A DNA stretch of 64,000 nucleotides from a virus: positions 25,419 to 89,418 of IMG/VR virus record IMGVR_UViG_3300025759_000072, one strand, 5' to 3'. Under the pieces are notes generated by a model. It had not been told where the DNA came from and made no database searches. It saw only the letters and a program-made list of their open reading frames with translations. Shown here one piece after another: positions 46,979 through 57,072 of this stretch (the stretch's first letter is position 1; each line of letters opens with the position of its first letter). Made by a program: the position numbers and the translations under genes.

Positions 46979-47678
46979 GTTCTTTAACTCTCACATAAGA
47001 TACTTTTGAACCACACTTTTCAATCATTTCAAAACCCTGTTCTAGAATTGTTGGTTCATATTCATCATGATTATACTTCTTCTTATACTTATCTATATCA
47101 TCATAAATGACTACACCACCAACTGGAATTCGAGGTAAGAAGAATTCAGATTCGTCAATCACGTCTTGCATACGATGAGGACCATCAATATGAACTAATG
47201 CATATTTGTTTACAATGTCTTTCCACTCATAATCTTCAGGTGTGTATTGATTCGTTTCCCAAATTTTTCTTTCATAAATTGGAATACCATCAGCAAATCG
47301 ATTAAAGAACTCAAAGTCTTCCATCTCTAACAATGTGAAGTCTTGTTCATTCATTGCCGCAAATGCCATTAAATTATACTTAGCGTGAATTTTTAATTTG
47401 TTTGAATACTGTTTACGAATATCACCATAACAATCGACACCAAAATAACGACGATGTTTATCATCGTTAGCAAGACAAGAGTTCATAATAGTGAAAGTGC
47501 CCATACCAAGTCGAACACCAATTTCTAGAATCAGACCATCAACGCCTTTAATCTTCTGGGCAGCATTCCATAAAACATGATAATCAGAACTATCACCTTG
47601 AATGTTTAGTTTGTTGATCTGTACTGGGATTTCAATATTGGGATACTGTTTAGTTGCCCACTCAGGAACTGGTTTCAT
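46971..47678 (-). CDS. SAM-dependent methyltransferase (Methyltransf_24-like)
   Basis: EIGVRLG; VHIDGPH; GG..IYDD; start trimmed to MKPV. Confidence 0.8.
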   Translation of the reverse strand: MKPVPEWATKQYPNIEIPVQINKLNIQGDSSDYHVLWNAAQKIKGVDGLILEIGVRLGMGTFTIMNSCLANDDKHRRYFGVDCYGDIRKQYSNKLKIHAKYNLMAFAAMNEQDFTLLEMEDFEFFNRFADGIPIYERKIWETNQYTPEDYEWKDIVNKYALVHIDGPHRMQDVIDESEFFLPRIPVGGVVIYDDIDKYKKKYNHDEYEPTILEQGFEMIEKCGSKVSYVRVKEHD

Positions 47679-48384
47679 TATTTTTTCCTTCAATAAATCC
47701 TGGCGTTTCATAAAAATTATATGTTGGTTGATATTTGTCTTTTGATGATCTAGTAGTCTCCATAACACCACCATCAACATCACCATACACACAAACACAG
47801 GGTGGAGGATCAACCGCAAGCAAATCGATATCTAGATATTTACCGATATGATTTGATTTTTGTCTCATAAAAAACCACTGATCAATACTATCCATCACAC
47901 CTTCTTTTTCAACATGATTAACAATTTTTTCAGCAGTTTTCGCAGTCATCGCATAACCATGACCACCAGCATTGTTTAATATTTTATAATACTTATCAGC
48001 TGGTTTTGGAGGTGTATAGAAATCTAATGATGGAACTCTTGGACCTAAACAAACAATGTGATCATTAGGTAATTCCATGTGCGTAAAATCAATTAATGGA
48101 AAACAATCGTGTTCAAAAAATGCAGTAGTTAAACCAGAACCTGCAGCTAGTTTCCACATATGTAGATGACTTGCATAATTTGATGCTGTGCCTGGACCTT
48201 TTGGACCGCCGTTATGATATGTACCAAGATCACGATACAACTGCATTGTATCTTCTACATGATCAAAATTTGCGTGAAGTGTATATTCTAATCCAAGTTT
48301 ATCACATTGGTTTACAAAAGTTTCTTTTAATTTTGCAGACAAAGGGTTGTTTGGCATATACCCATAAAATATTTGTTCAATCAA
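47662..48384 (-). CDS. GT25-like glycosyltransferase
   Basis: ASH..MW..FEHD..HGY.MT...A.K..D. Confidence 0.7.
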   Translation of the reverse strand: MIEQIFYGYMPNNPLSAKLKETFVNQCDKLGLEYTLHANFDHVEDTMQLYRDLGTYHNGGPKGPGTASNYASHLHMWKLAAGSGLTTAFFEHDCFPLIDFTHMELPNDHIVCLGPRVPSLDFYTPPKPADKYYKILNNAGGHGYAMTAKTAEKIVNHVEKEGVMDSIDQWFFMRQKSNHIGKYLDIDLLAVDPPPCVCVYGDVDGGVMETTRSSKDKYQPTYNFYETPGFIEGKNNETSS

Positions 48385-48773
48385 AAAGCAATGTCCTTTT
48401 TCTCAACATGTAATGTATTGCTATCTTTTACTGAACCACCAACAGTTTTACGCACGATATCTGCGCTGATTGGTTCTACATAATAAATTTCTAACACCTT
48501 TGCATCATTTAAATTAGTTTCAAACCAATGATACTCATTTGGTTTTACTGTTGTGAAATCACCTGAACGCAATCTAGTAACATCCACTAAATCATAATCA
48601 TTCTTACGAACATGAATTTCAATCACACCATCAACACAATAAAACGCATTCCACTTAAACTCATGTTTGTGTTCTGAGCATTTCATTTTTGGTTTCACAT
48701 CAATTCTATGAACTTCAATCATTGGAGTAACAATAAGTGATTCTGTAGTTCCCCATACTTTACCCATTAACAT
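48381..48773 (-). CDS. Cupin protein (sugar isomerase-like)
   Basis: KVWG..CS.H.H..K.N.F..YHWF. Confidence 0.75.
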   Translation of the reverse strand: MLMGKVWGTTESLIVTPMIEVHRIDVKPKMKCSEHKHEFKWNAFYCVDGVIEIHVRKNDYDLVDVTRLRSGDFTTVKPNEYHWFETNLNDAKVLEIYYVEPISADIVRKTVGGSVKDSNTLHVEKKDIAF

Positions 48774-49521
48774 GATATTTAATTTCCTTTACAACATTTT
48801 CAAAATCTTTTAAGTGTAACATATTTGGTCCATCGCTTGGCGCATTATCTGGATCTTCGTGAACTTCCATAAAGAAATTCTTTACACCGACGGCGGCGGC
48901 AGCGCGAGCCAGACCAGGAACATATACGCGATTACCACCAGAACTAGCCCCAAGACCACCTGGTTTTTGGACTGAGTGGGTAGCATCAAAAACAATAGGT
49001 ACATCAAAGGTATCAAGCATATACTGTATACCAGTATAATCGACAACGAGATTATTATATCCAAAACTCGTTCCCCTTTCTGTTATCATCACATTATCAG
49101 TACCAGTCTTTGAAAGAATACCTGTTACATCCCAAGGCGCAAGAAACTGCCCCTTTTTGATATTTACTGTATGACCTGTTTCTACTGCTGCTTTCAATAA
49201 ATCTGTTTGACGACAAAGGAATGCAGGTATCTGAATAATGTCTGGTAAATTTTTTGCTCTCCATGCTTTTTCAATTTGTTGTGGTTCATGAAAATCTACA
49301 CAAGTCTTTATACCTGTATCTAATCTAATTGAGTGAATCCACCATAGACCATCATTACCCGGACCACGAATACCCGATTCACTACTGCGATTTGCTTTAT
49401 CAAACGATGCTTTAAAATAATAATCAAATCCATACTTGTCACAGATTTCAGCGCAGTGATTGGCAATTCTTAATCCCTGCTCTTTACTCTCTATCTGGCA
49501 TGGTCCAGCAATAATAATCAT
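48760..49521 (-). CDS. kdsA: KDO-8-phosphate synthase
   Basis: IAGPCQIES; KASFDKANRSS; QIPAFLCRQTDL; KKGQF; ERGTSFGY; DATHSVQ; SDGPN. Confidence 0.96.
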   Translation of the reverse strand: MIIIAGPCQIESKEQGLRIANHCAEICDKYGFDYYFKASFDKANRSSESGIRGPGNDGLWWIHSIRLDTGIKTCVDFHEPQQIEKAWRAKNLPDIIQIPAFLCRQTDLLKAAVETGHTVNIKKGQFLAPWDVTGILSKTGTDNVMITERGTSFGYNNLVVDYTGIQYMLDTFDVPIVFDATHSVQKPGGLGASSGGNRVYVPGLARAAAAVGVKNFFMEVHEDPDNAPSDGPNMLHLKDFENVVKEIKYHVNG

Positions 49522-49817
49522 TTTGTTAATTCAGAAATACGTTGGTATGCTTCTTGTAATTGCTCTTGCAACTCTCTTACATTTTTTTTTAAAATATCGA
49601 TTTCTGAAACAGGAATGGGTGCACCCCACAATTCAACAGGAACATCTTCTCGACAAGGATAAACGTCATCACGTTTACCAATCAACGAATCATAAGCAGC
49701 CTGTGATTTTTCTTCATGATCATTCATTTTACGTTTCTCTACCATTTTACGAACTATAAACTGATCCCAACTTTCATTAGGATTTTCTTCACGGTAATCA
49801 AATTCATTATAAGTCAT
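49518..49817 (-). CDS. Hypothetical coiled-coil protein
   Basis: C-terminal heptads. Confidence 0.55.
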   Translation of the reverse strand: MTYNEFDYREENPNESWDQFIVRKMVEKRKMNDHEEKSQAAYDSLIGKRDDVYPCREDVPVELWGAPIPVSEIDILKKNVRELQEQLQEAYQRISELTK

Positions 49818-50242
49818 TTTTTATTCTTTGTCAATAGATGATTTCGATTAATTTTACAGCCAATAAACTCGTTGTAATATTCATCTGGTCGTAATAAACA
49901 TTCAGTCTCAAATTGTCTTTGCGCTTCATAATAACTCATTTCGCTTTTAGATTTACAGAGCCTAACTATTTCTCTCTTGAATGTATTCTTTCCTTCTTCT
50001 TCTACCAACTGCTTTACAGTTTCACTTGAACCGAAATAATCTTGCCAATCAGTTTCGACTATCTTAGTTCTCTTTCGAGTCTTCCCTTTCAATGGTGGAA
50101 GTCTTCTTTTTGACATCAAACCTTTCTTACCGATATATATCTTTCCATTACGAGTGTCGGTTATCTCATAAACAAAACCAACATTATCTTCAATCATCTC
50201 ACTGGTAAACGGTTTTCCATTATAATACCATGTCATTAACAA
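49814..50242 (-). CDS. GIY-YIG endonuclease (T4 EndoII/denA-like)
   Basis: GFVYEIT..NGKIYIGKK..DW.DY.GSS..F.REI..YYE..YYN. Confidence 0.8.
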   Translation of the reverse strand: MLMTWYYNGKPFTSEMIEDNVGFVYEITDTRNGKIYIGKKGLMSKRRLPPLKGKTRKRTKIVETDWQDYFGSSETVKQLVEEEGKNTFKREIVRLCKSKSEMSYYEAQRQFETECLLRPDEYYNEFIGCKINRNHLLTKNKK

Positions 50243-50663
50243 ATTCTTTTACTTGTTGTTCTGTTAAATATTCCGTAAAAACATAATCTGCGTTTTCTGG
50301 TTTCTCAAACATATTATCTGTTTGTTCATATGAAGAACCTTCAGCAGCAGGACCATTAACACTTTGTGATTTTTGAACAGTATCTAACCAAATAATAATA
50401 TCAGCACCAAATTGTTCTCGACTTTTTTCTGTAGGTGCTACAAAATCACAAACAACACGTCTACCATTTGAGGTTTCAAAATCACTAAATGTTTTCATTC
50501 TATTTGCTTGTCTTAACCTACCGCTTTCTGTAAAATCCCAATCATTTGCGGCTTTACGAATAACATCCGCATTAAACCAAGCACAATTATCAATATACTT
50601 TACCAGTCTTTCTGCTAACCATGTTTTACCAGCACCAGGTAATCCCATTACTAATATTTTCAT
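50220..50663 (-). CDS. cysC: Adenylyl-sulfate kinase-like P-loop kinase
   Basis: GLPGAGKT..NAD.IR..DWDF...GR.RQA.RM..FE.P. Confidence 0.75.
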   Translation of the reverse strand: MKILVMGLPGAGKTWLAERLVKYIDNCAWFNADVIRKAANDWDFTESGRLRQANRMKTFSDFETSNGRRVVCDFVAPTEKSREQFGADIIIWLDTVQKSQSVNGPAAEGSSYEQTDNMFEKPENADYVFTEYLTEQQVKEFVNDMVL

Positions 50664-50821
50664 TCGTACTCATCTCCATCTGGATCTTCCCATTCATCGA
50701 TATCTGATTCATAGGCTTCTGCTCCACAAAAAGGACAGTATTCGATATTTTCTTCTTCACTTATAATGATATAATCTGTTCCACAACTATAACATGATAC
50801 TTGTTGTTTTTGTTTTTCCAT
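50660..50821 (-). CDS. Small Zn-ribbon protein (53 aa; not in ORF track)
   Basis: CYSC..YCPFCG plus acidic tail; AGGAG RBS. Confidence 0.7.
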   Translation of the reverse strand: MEKQKQQVSCYSCGTDYIIISEEENIEYCPFCGAEAYESDIDEWEDPDGDEYE

Positions 50822-50830
50822 GTTTGCTCC

Positions 50831-51823
50831 TTATGCCCACACTTCATCCCAGGAACCTGTTAGTGCACCTTTCGCATAATCTGTGGCTCTATTCTCAAAA
50901 AAGTTTGTATGTGTTGGGGCGTTAATCATTGCCTCTACCCAAGGTAAAGGATTGTTTTTGATTTTAAAGATACCCTTCATACCCATCGAGATTAATCGAC
51001 GGTCGGCAATGTAACGGATATATTCTTTGACTTCTGTATCACGTAGACCTTCAACTTTTCCCATTTGAAATGCTAGGTCTACAAACTTATCTTCTAACTC
51101 TACCATCTTCGTTGCAATAGAATAGATTTGACTCTTTGTTTCATCTGTCCAAATTTCTCTGTTCTCTTCAACATATGTTCGAAACAGTTTAATGATACCT
51201 TCAGCATGCATCGTTTCATCAACGATTGACCAAGTGACAATCTGACCCATACCTTTCATCTTACCGTGCCGAGGAAAGTTTAGTAACATGATAAAGGAAC
51301 TAAACAAAGCAAGACCTTCAGTGAATGCTGAGATAGCAGCCATCTTTACAGGAAGAATAGCACCATTATCTACTTTAGAAACAAAGTACTCGTGCTTTTC
51401 TCTCATCGCATCATATTCTAGAAACTCGTTATATGTAGTATCTGGCATACCTAAAGATTCGATTAGATGTGAGTATGCTGCGATATGCAATGCTTCACGA
51501 GCAGCAAATCCAGTTAACATCATACGAACTTCTGGTTGTGGAAACGCTGGTAAATAATTCTTTACATAACCACCAGCAACATCAATATCTGATTGTGTAA
51601 AGAATCGAAAGATGTTTGTAAGAAAATATTTCTCTTCTGTTGATAGTCTATTCTTCCAGTCTTTTACATCTTCAATCATCGGAACTTCTGAATGAAGCCA
51701 GTGACTCTGTTCATGCTTTAACCAAAGGTCGTAGCAAAAAGGATATTTGAATGGCTTGAAGTAATCTCTTTCATCTTGTAGTTTGAGACTATCGTGTTTT
51801 TTTTGATTAAATTTACCTGACAT
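50831..51823 (-). CDS. nrdB: Ribonucleotide reductase class I beta subunit
   Basis: FFTQSD; EALHIAAY; FTEG..LFSSF; DETMH; NFFE. Confidence 0.96.
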   Translation of the reverse strand: MSGKFNQKKHDSLKLQDERDYFKPFKYPFCYDLWLKHEQSHWLHSEVPMIEDVKDWKNRLSTEEKYFLTNIFRFFTQSDIDVAGGYVKNYLPAFPQPEVRMMLTGFAAREALHIAAYSHLIESLGMPDTTYNEFLEYDAMREKHEYFVSKVDNGAILPVKMAAISAFTEGLALFSSFIMLLNFPRHGKMKGMGQIVTWSIVDETMHAEGIIKLFRTYVEENREIWTDETKSQIYSIATKMVELEDKFVDLAFQMGKVEGLRDTEVKEYIRYIADRRLISMGMKGIFKIKNNPLPWVEAMINAPTHTNFFENRATDYAKGALTGSWDEVWA

Positions 51824-51833
51824 TTATTTTACT

Positions 51834-53624
51834 TTACCCTTCACAAGCAATACATTCTTCACCAGCAGCAATCGCTGACATGTCTAGTTCTTTGATGATA
51901 TCTCTTTCAATGCGTTTTGATACACGATCTGCTTTACCAATCTTTTCAGAACGACAGTAGTACATTGTCTTCAAACCTTTTTTCCAAGCAAGAAAATGTA
52001 CGGCATGAATATAAGAAATATTAGCATTTGGTCTAAAGAAAACATTGAGTGATTGTGCTTGATCGATAAACTCTTGTCGATCAGCAGCATGTTCAATCAC
52101 CCAACGTTGATCAATTTCCATCGACGTTTTATATATGTCTTTCTCATAACCATCAAGACATTTTAAATGTTGAACTGAACCATCGTTGGCGATAATCGAT
52201 GACCAGATTTTATCGTAATCTAATGATGAATCTTCTTGACATTTCTTGTGAATTAATTTATCAAGATATTTATTTTTATTTAAAAAGGCGCCACTAAGAG
52301 TATCTTGACGGTACGCATTGGCTCGCCAAGGTTCAATAGATGGTGATGTATTTCCCATGATGATAGAACTCGAAGCGTTAGGGGCGACTGCCATAACATG
52401 AGAGCATCTAAATCCGGTCCCAGTAGCGTCAGGTGCTTCGCCTCTTTCTTTCCCAAGTTCTCGATTTGCCTCGTCCAATCCCTTCCGAATATGTCGAAAG
52501 ATTCGCATGTTGGCAGACTTAGCAAGAGCGGATTCCCAAGGCACTCCTCTTCGCTGAAGGTAAGCGTGGAATCCCAATGCACCGACTCCGACAGAACGTT
52601 CACGTTCTGCGCTGAACTTGGCACGGGCAATAGTGTCAGGAGCATTATCAATAAAAGTTTGTAGTACATTATCTAGCATCTCCAATACGTCTTTGAGGAA
52701 TTGTTTATTTTTTGACCATTCATCAAAGTACTCTAAGTTAAGGGAAGATAAGCAGCACACCGCTGTCCTATCCTTATTTGTCGGAAGAATAATTTCCGAA
52801 CAAAGATTTGACTGGTTGACTTTTAAACCTTTTTCTTTTAACCATTCTGGTAGTTTATCGTTTGATGTATCAACAAAGTGAAGATAAGGTTCACCAGTCT
52901 GCATACGCATCTCAAGAATACGCTGCCATAAATCACGAGCAGAAACTCTCTCACGAATCTCATTTGAATGTGGATCAATAAGATCCCAGGAGTCATCTGC
53001 TTCCGAATCTATCATACACTTTTCAATAAGTTCCATAAAGTCATTTGTAATATTAATACCGTGATGAAGATTCAAACACCGCTGATTTTGATCTCCAGTT
53101 GGTTTACGCATCTCTAAAAATAATAAAATATCAGGGTGAGAAATATTAAGATAAGCAGCATAAGAGCCACGACGAGTCCGACCTTGACGGTATGCCAAAG
53201 AAGAGGCGTCGTACATTTTGAGATGTGGCATAACACCGGTAGATTTGTCATCCGCTGATCGGATACCGAAACCGATTCCAACTCCTCCACCAAGCATTGA
53301 AAGCCAATTAGTCTCAGAAAGATTTTCGACCAATCCTTCGGCAGTATCATTGATATAGTTAAGATAACAAGAAATAGGAAGACCGCGCCGAGACCGCCCA
53401 AAAGAAAGGATTGGAGTAGAAAAAGAAAGCCAGTGGCGAGAAGCATAATCATATAATCTTTGTGCATGTTCAGGATTCGAAGAGAAAGTTTTCGAAACAT
53501 ATGCAAATCGTTCTTGTGGTGAAATCTCTCCATCCATCATATATGATTCTTTAAGACGTATTGCTCCAAGTTCATCAAACAAAGTATCACGATTTGGATC
53601 GATGGTAATTCCCATATGCTCCAT
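51834..53624 (-). CDS. nrdA: Ribonucleotide reductase class I alpha subunit (no ATP cone)
   Basis: LPISC; SNLCSEI; APNASSS; KTMYYCR; C-terminal CIAC. Confidence 0.96.
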   Translation of the reverse strand: MEHMGITIDPNRDTLFDELGAIRLKESYMMDGEISPQERFAYVSKTFSSNPEHAQRLYDYASRHWLSFSTPILSFGRSRRGLPISCYLNYINDTAEGLVENLSETNWLSMLGGGVGIGFGIRSADDKSTGVMPHLKMYDASSLAYRQGRTRRGSYAAYLNISHPDILLFLEMRKPTGDQNQRCLNLHHGINITNDFMELIEKCMIDSEADDSWDLIDPHSNEIRERVSARDLWQRILEMRMQTGEPYLHFVDTSNDKLPEWLKEKGLKVNQSNLCSEIILPTNKDRTAVCCLSSLNLEYFDEWSKNKQFLKDVLEMLDNVLQTFIDNAPDTIARAKFSAERERSVGVGALGFHAYLQRRGVPWESALAKSANMRIFRHIRKGLDEANRELGKERGEAPDATGTGFRCSHVMAVAPNASSSIIMGNTSPSIEPWRANAYRQDTLSGAFLNKNKYLDKLIHKKCQEDSSLDYDKIWSSIIANDGSVQHLKCLDGYEKDIYKTSMEIDQRWVIEHAADRQEFIDQAQSLNVFFRPNANISYIHAVHFLAWKKGLKTMYYCRSEKIGKADRVSKRIERDIIKELDMSAIAAGEECIACEG

Positions 53625-53625
53625 A

Positions 53626-54297
53626 TTATTCTCCTAGATTATTAATTAATGGAAATACCTTAGCAACTTCCACCGCACATTGTTTTGCGATATCCATATG
53701 CTCTCGTTGTGTTCCGTTTGCCGACCGTAATTCTATATAGTGTACCCAGGATCTTAGTGTTCCGTTCATGTACATACGAGACATTGTTAATCCTTCTGGC
53801 AGTACTGAACGTGCTTGTTCTTTTGCGATGCCTTTATCGATAGCCCATTGATAAACTTCTTTGCAAAGTTTGATTACTTCTTGCTGTTTCATATCCCAAT
53901 GATCTTGAACATCAATCGGCGCTGCTTCAATACTATTCTGTCTATTTTTTGGATCTTGAAGACGAGCACCTCTTCGAATAAACTGTAACTCTTTGACAGG
54001 ATCAGCATACCGTTGACTGAACTCTTGAAAAGAAAACGAACGATGACGAAGAATCTGCCGAGCAATATCACGTGTTGTTTCAATCTCAAGACAAACAGAA
54101 ACCATCTCAAGCGGCGACCAATGCTTGTGTTTAATAAGATATTGTATTAGTTTTTCAGACGTATCTTTATTATTTTGATTAGATGGATTTGATACACGAG
54201 CACAGTATGCAACCAAATCTTTCATATCAGCGATATCACTATAATCAACTGTTTCAGAAACTCTACTATAACTAATCAATTTCACAGACACTAACAT
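53626..54297 (-). CDS. thyX: Flavin-dependent thymidylate synthase
   Basis: HWSPLE; RQILRHRSFSFQEFSQRY; EQAR.VLP; TQ.EH. Confidence 0.96.
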   Translation of the reverse strand: MLVSVKLISYSRVSETVDYSDIADMKDLVAYCARVSNPSNQNNKDTSEKLIQYLIKHKHWSPLEMVSVCLEIETTRDIARQILRHRSFSFQEFSQRYADPVKELQFIRRGARLQDPKNRQNSIEAAPIDVQDHWDMKQQEVIKLCKEVYQWAIDKGIAKEQARSVLPEGLTMSRMYMNGTLRSWVHYIELRSANGTQREHMDIAKQCAVEVAKVFPLINNLGE

Positions 54298-55301
54298 TTA
54301 CTCCATTTATTAAGTTCTAGACGAAGACGCATTCCTGAATAGGTATGCTTATATATAATATCTTTTACTTCAACACCATTGATTATCATCTCATTGATAT
54401 CTTTTTCTTTTACTGTATTTGGCCAGACAACACACTTCCAACCATCAAACATTGCATTTCGAATAATCTTAACAAGAGTAGGATTCCGTGGTTGATTATC
54501 AAAGACTAATGTTGTATTTGATTTTGATACTAACTTTTCAACCTTCTTTAAATCTGCAGAATTTACTGCGATACTATTATCTAAAAACATTGAATCAAAA
54601 GGACCTTCAGTCACAAAGATTTCTTTTGACCTGTCAACATTATTGATATTATATATTAATGGTTGCTCTTTGTCAATCTTTATTGTAACATATCTTAACT
54701 TATTCTTACCATATACATCACGAGCTGTAACACCTACAAGATTATTCTTTTTATCAAAGAAAGGAATAAGTATACGAGGAGTATCACCATCTACAGTTTC
54801 TTCATACTCAGGAAATACTTCACCGAGTTTCGAAGTCTCAAATGTGAAATAAAGGTTGTTCCACTTATCGCGAGGAATCATTCTATGTTTTAAATATCGA
54901 ACACCTGGATTAGTATCTGGTAATTCTGAAATCTTATCAAATGCTCGATCAAGTACATTCTTCTCTTCAAACATAGGAGTGAAGTTACTAAATTCTAATT
55001 TTTTCTTTGGTTCAATATCACCATTCTCTTTGAATCGTTCAAGTGTATATTGCTTAAACAGAGATGGATTGATTTGTTTTAATAGATTACCAAAACTCAT
55101 ACCAGAACCACATTTATGGCACTTATAGAACAATGAGTTCAGTTTCTGGTATATATAACCACGAGCTTTTCGTTTGTTTTTCTGTGAGTCACCACAAATA
55201 GGACAACGAAAGTTACTAAGAAATGGATTATTACCTTTTACCTGAAACCGTTCTAACTGAACAGATAACAGATTAGTATACTTGATATCGATATATAACA
55301 T
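54291..55301 (-). CDS. gp61: DNA primase gp61
   Basis: FRCPICGDSQK..KARG..CHKCG; TEGPFDS; FDNQPRN; KDINEM. Confidence 0.95.
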   Translation of the reverse strand: MLYIDIKYTNLLSVQLERFQVKGNNPFLSNFRCPICGDSQKNKRKARGYIYQKLNSLFYKCHKCGSGMSFGNLLKQINPSLFKQYTLERFKENGDIEPKKKLEFSNFTPMFEEKNVLDRAFDKISELPDTNPGVRYLKHRMIPRDKWNNLYFTFETSKLGEVFPEYEETVDGDTPRILIPFFDKKNNLVGVTARDVYGKNKLRYVTIKIDKEQPLIYNINNVDRSKEIFVTEGPFDSMFLDNSIAVNSADLKKVEKLVSKSNTTLVFDNQPRNPTLVKIIRNAMFDGWKCVVWPNTVKEKDINEMIINGVEVKDIIYKHTYSGMRLRLELNKWSKC

Positions 55302-55368
55302 AACTAAACCTATTCATAAAAGCGCTACAAGCACTATTATAACGTAGTTTTCATAAATGTCAATAGAT

Positions 55369-55749
55369 TTAGTGAAATAACTTTGAAACGATTGAAGATT
55401 GTGCGGCAAGAAATCCTAATGCCATAGCAGCACCAACAACGAACCAACGCCATTTCTCTAACTTGTCAAGACGTTCACCGACTGCTTTATGTTGTTCTGA
55501 ATTTTCTCTGCGAAGTGCACGGAATTCTTCTAACATCTCTCTTTTAAAATCATTAATGCGAGAGTGAATAATCTCAGCCTGTTGTTCTTGATATGATAGT
55601 CTCTTTTCATGAAGAACAAGCATCTTATCAACTGAATGACTTACATCAGTTAATCTATCAATAGCGGTATCGAACTTCTCAGCAAGCCCAGCAAGGAGTT
55701 CCATATCTCTTTTGAGTAGTTCTACATCTGTTTTAACTTGTTCAGTCAT
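55369..55749 (-). CDS. Coiled-coil protein with C-terminal TM (holin-like candidate)
   Basis: RLDKLEKWRWFVVGAAMALGFL. Confidence 0.6.
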   Translation of the reverse strand: MTEQVKTDVELLKRDMELLAGLAEKFDTAIDRLTDVSHSVDKMLVLHEKRLSYQEQQAEIIHSRINDFKREMLEEFRALRRENSEQHKAVGERLDKLEKWRWFVVGAAMALGFLAAQSSIVSKLFH

Positions 55750-55900
55750 TTGTTTTTTCTTCTTTTATACAGTTACATTTTTCACATCCACATTTTGTAT
55801 ACTTATCAGTCATACCAATACCCATTAATTTTTGGCAAGAACTACCATAACAGTGACAACGATGGTAACAATCTTGGCAATATCTTTCTTCACCAATCAT
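55742..55900 (-). CDS. Cys/His-rich mini-protein (52 aa; not in ORF track)
   Basis: CQDCYHRCHC..C..CGCEKCNC. Confidence 0.65.
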   Translation of the reverse strand: MIGEERYCQDCYHRCHCYGSSCQKLMGIGMTDKYTKCGCEKCNCIKEEKTND

Positions 55901-56373
55901 CAATCATCATCCCTTGGAATAATAGACCAACGACCAAATAACCGTACAGCCCAGTATGCAGAATAAATTTTCCACTTAGATACTTTTGGATCAGCATCTT
56001 TCATACCCATTAAAAATACATCATCAGCAGCCTTCTTCGCTTTCTTAATAATTTTTTTATCATTATTATTTTTGCGATACAGACGAATTCTCCAGTATAG
56101 AAGATCATGAACGATTGCAGCACGAGCAATATCCCATGGAGCAAGTAACCACCAACATGCACGAGGAACAGAAGCTAAATCTGTTTTAAATCCTTGATGT
56201 ACCGGAATACTATCTTTTACTACATCGACACCAACTTGCTTCAATGATTCTACATCAATGTCTCTATTTGAGTATACAAGTTGTTTCAAAAGTTTCCATT
56301 GTTTAGGTGGATTAAATTCGGCTGACACGTTACTGTTGAATTGCCCCATTTTTTTTATTTCCTTGACATCCAT
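55900..56373 (-). CDS. DUF1353 family protein
   Basis: GFKTDLASVPR..AAIVHD.LY..AD.VF..M..Y.AVRLFG. Confidence 0.85.
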   Translation of the reverse strand: MDVKEIKKMGQFNSNVSAEFNPPKQWKLLKQLVYSNRDIDVESLKQVGVDVVKDSIPVHQGFKTDLASVPRACWWLLAPWDIARAAIVHDLLYWRIRLYRKNNNDKKIIKKAKKAADDVFLMGMKDADPKVSKWKIYSAYWAVRLFGRWSIIPRDDD

Positions 56374-56696
56374 GCTGACATGCCCATATATGCACCAACA
56401 ACACCAGCCATAGAAATATAAAACAATCCAGAAATATCACCGAGTAGTTTTAGTCTCGTTTCTGGAATCAAACCTGGTATCATAACCATCACTGTAAATA
56501 AAAACATTGCAATAAGAGCAGCTGTCGCCATTCTTCTTTGCGCTGCTTGTTTTCTTACATCAGCTTTTGCTTCGGCATCGAGACGTTGAATCTCGTGAAT
56601 TTTTTCTGCATGTTCTAATTCTTCATCACTCACAATACCATCACCATCCAAGTCAAATTCATTATACTGACTATCGTCTTGTAGTTTCTTTTGCAC
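56355..56696 (-). CDS. Two-TM membrane protein with EF-hand-like loop (holin candidate)
   Basis: DLDGDGIVSDEE plus two TM helices; in the lysis cluster. Confidence 0.6.
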   Translation of the reverse strand: MQKKLQDDSQYNEFDLDGDGIVSDEELEHAEKIHEIQRLDAEAKADVRKQAAQRRMATAALIAMFLFTVMVMIPGLIPETRLKLLGDISGLFYISMAGVVGAYMGMSAWMSRK

Positions 56697-57072
56697 TGTC
56701 TTTTCCCTCGTAGTATTCCTTGTATCGCATTAATACATCTCGATTCAAGATAATATACTTTCGGACCTGTGCAAAATTCACTGCTAATTGTTCATAACCA
56801 TCATCAGTTAGTCCAAACAACACAATGTCTTTATTATTCTTTTTGAGTTGTTCAAATACTTCTTTATAATTTTTTTCAGTAATAACTAACCATTCTACCT
56901 TTTCCATTTTCATGGACTTGGGTGGATCAAGATTTAAAGGTGTTCTTTCAACCTTCTTTGTAAATATCTCCAGTTCTTTTATGCTACTACAACCACTAAT
57001 CAGCGTAAGGCTGATAAGAAGGATTGGCAATATTAAAACATTCTGGATTAATTTCAGATTTCTTAGTAGCAT
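56671..57072 (-). CDS. Outer-membrane spanin-like lipoprotein
   Basis: Lipobox LISGC; overlaps the i-spanin 3' end. Confidence 0.7.
   Translation of the reverse strand: MLLRNLKLIQNVLILPILLISLTLISGCSSIKELEIFTKKVERTPLNLDPPKSMKMEKVEWLVITEKNYKEVFEQLKKNNKDIVLFGLTDDGYEQLAVNFAQVRKYIILNRDVLMRYKEYYEGKDSAKETTRR

Noticed and set aside
50831-55301. Introns or inteins in nrdA, nrdB, thyX or primase
   Set aside because: All are continuous and of normal length.
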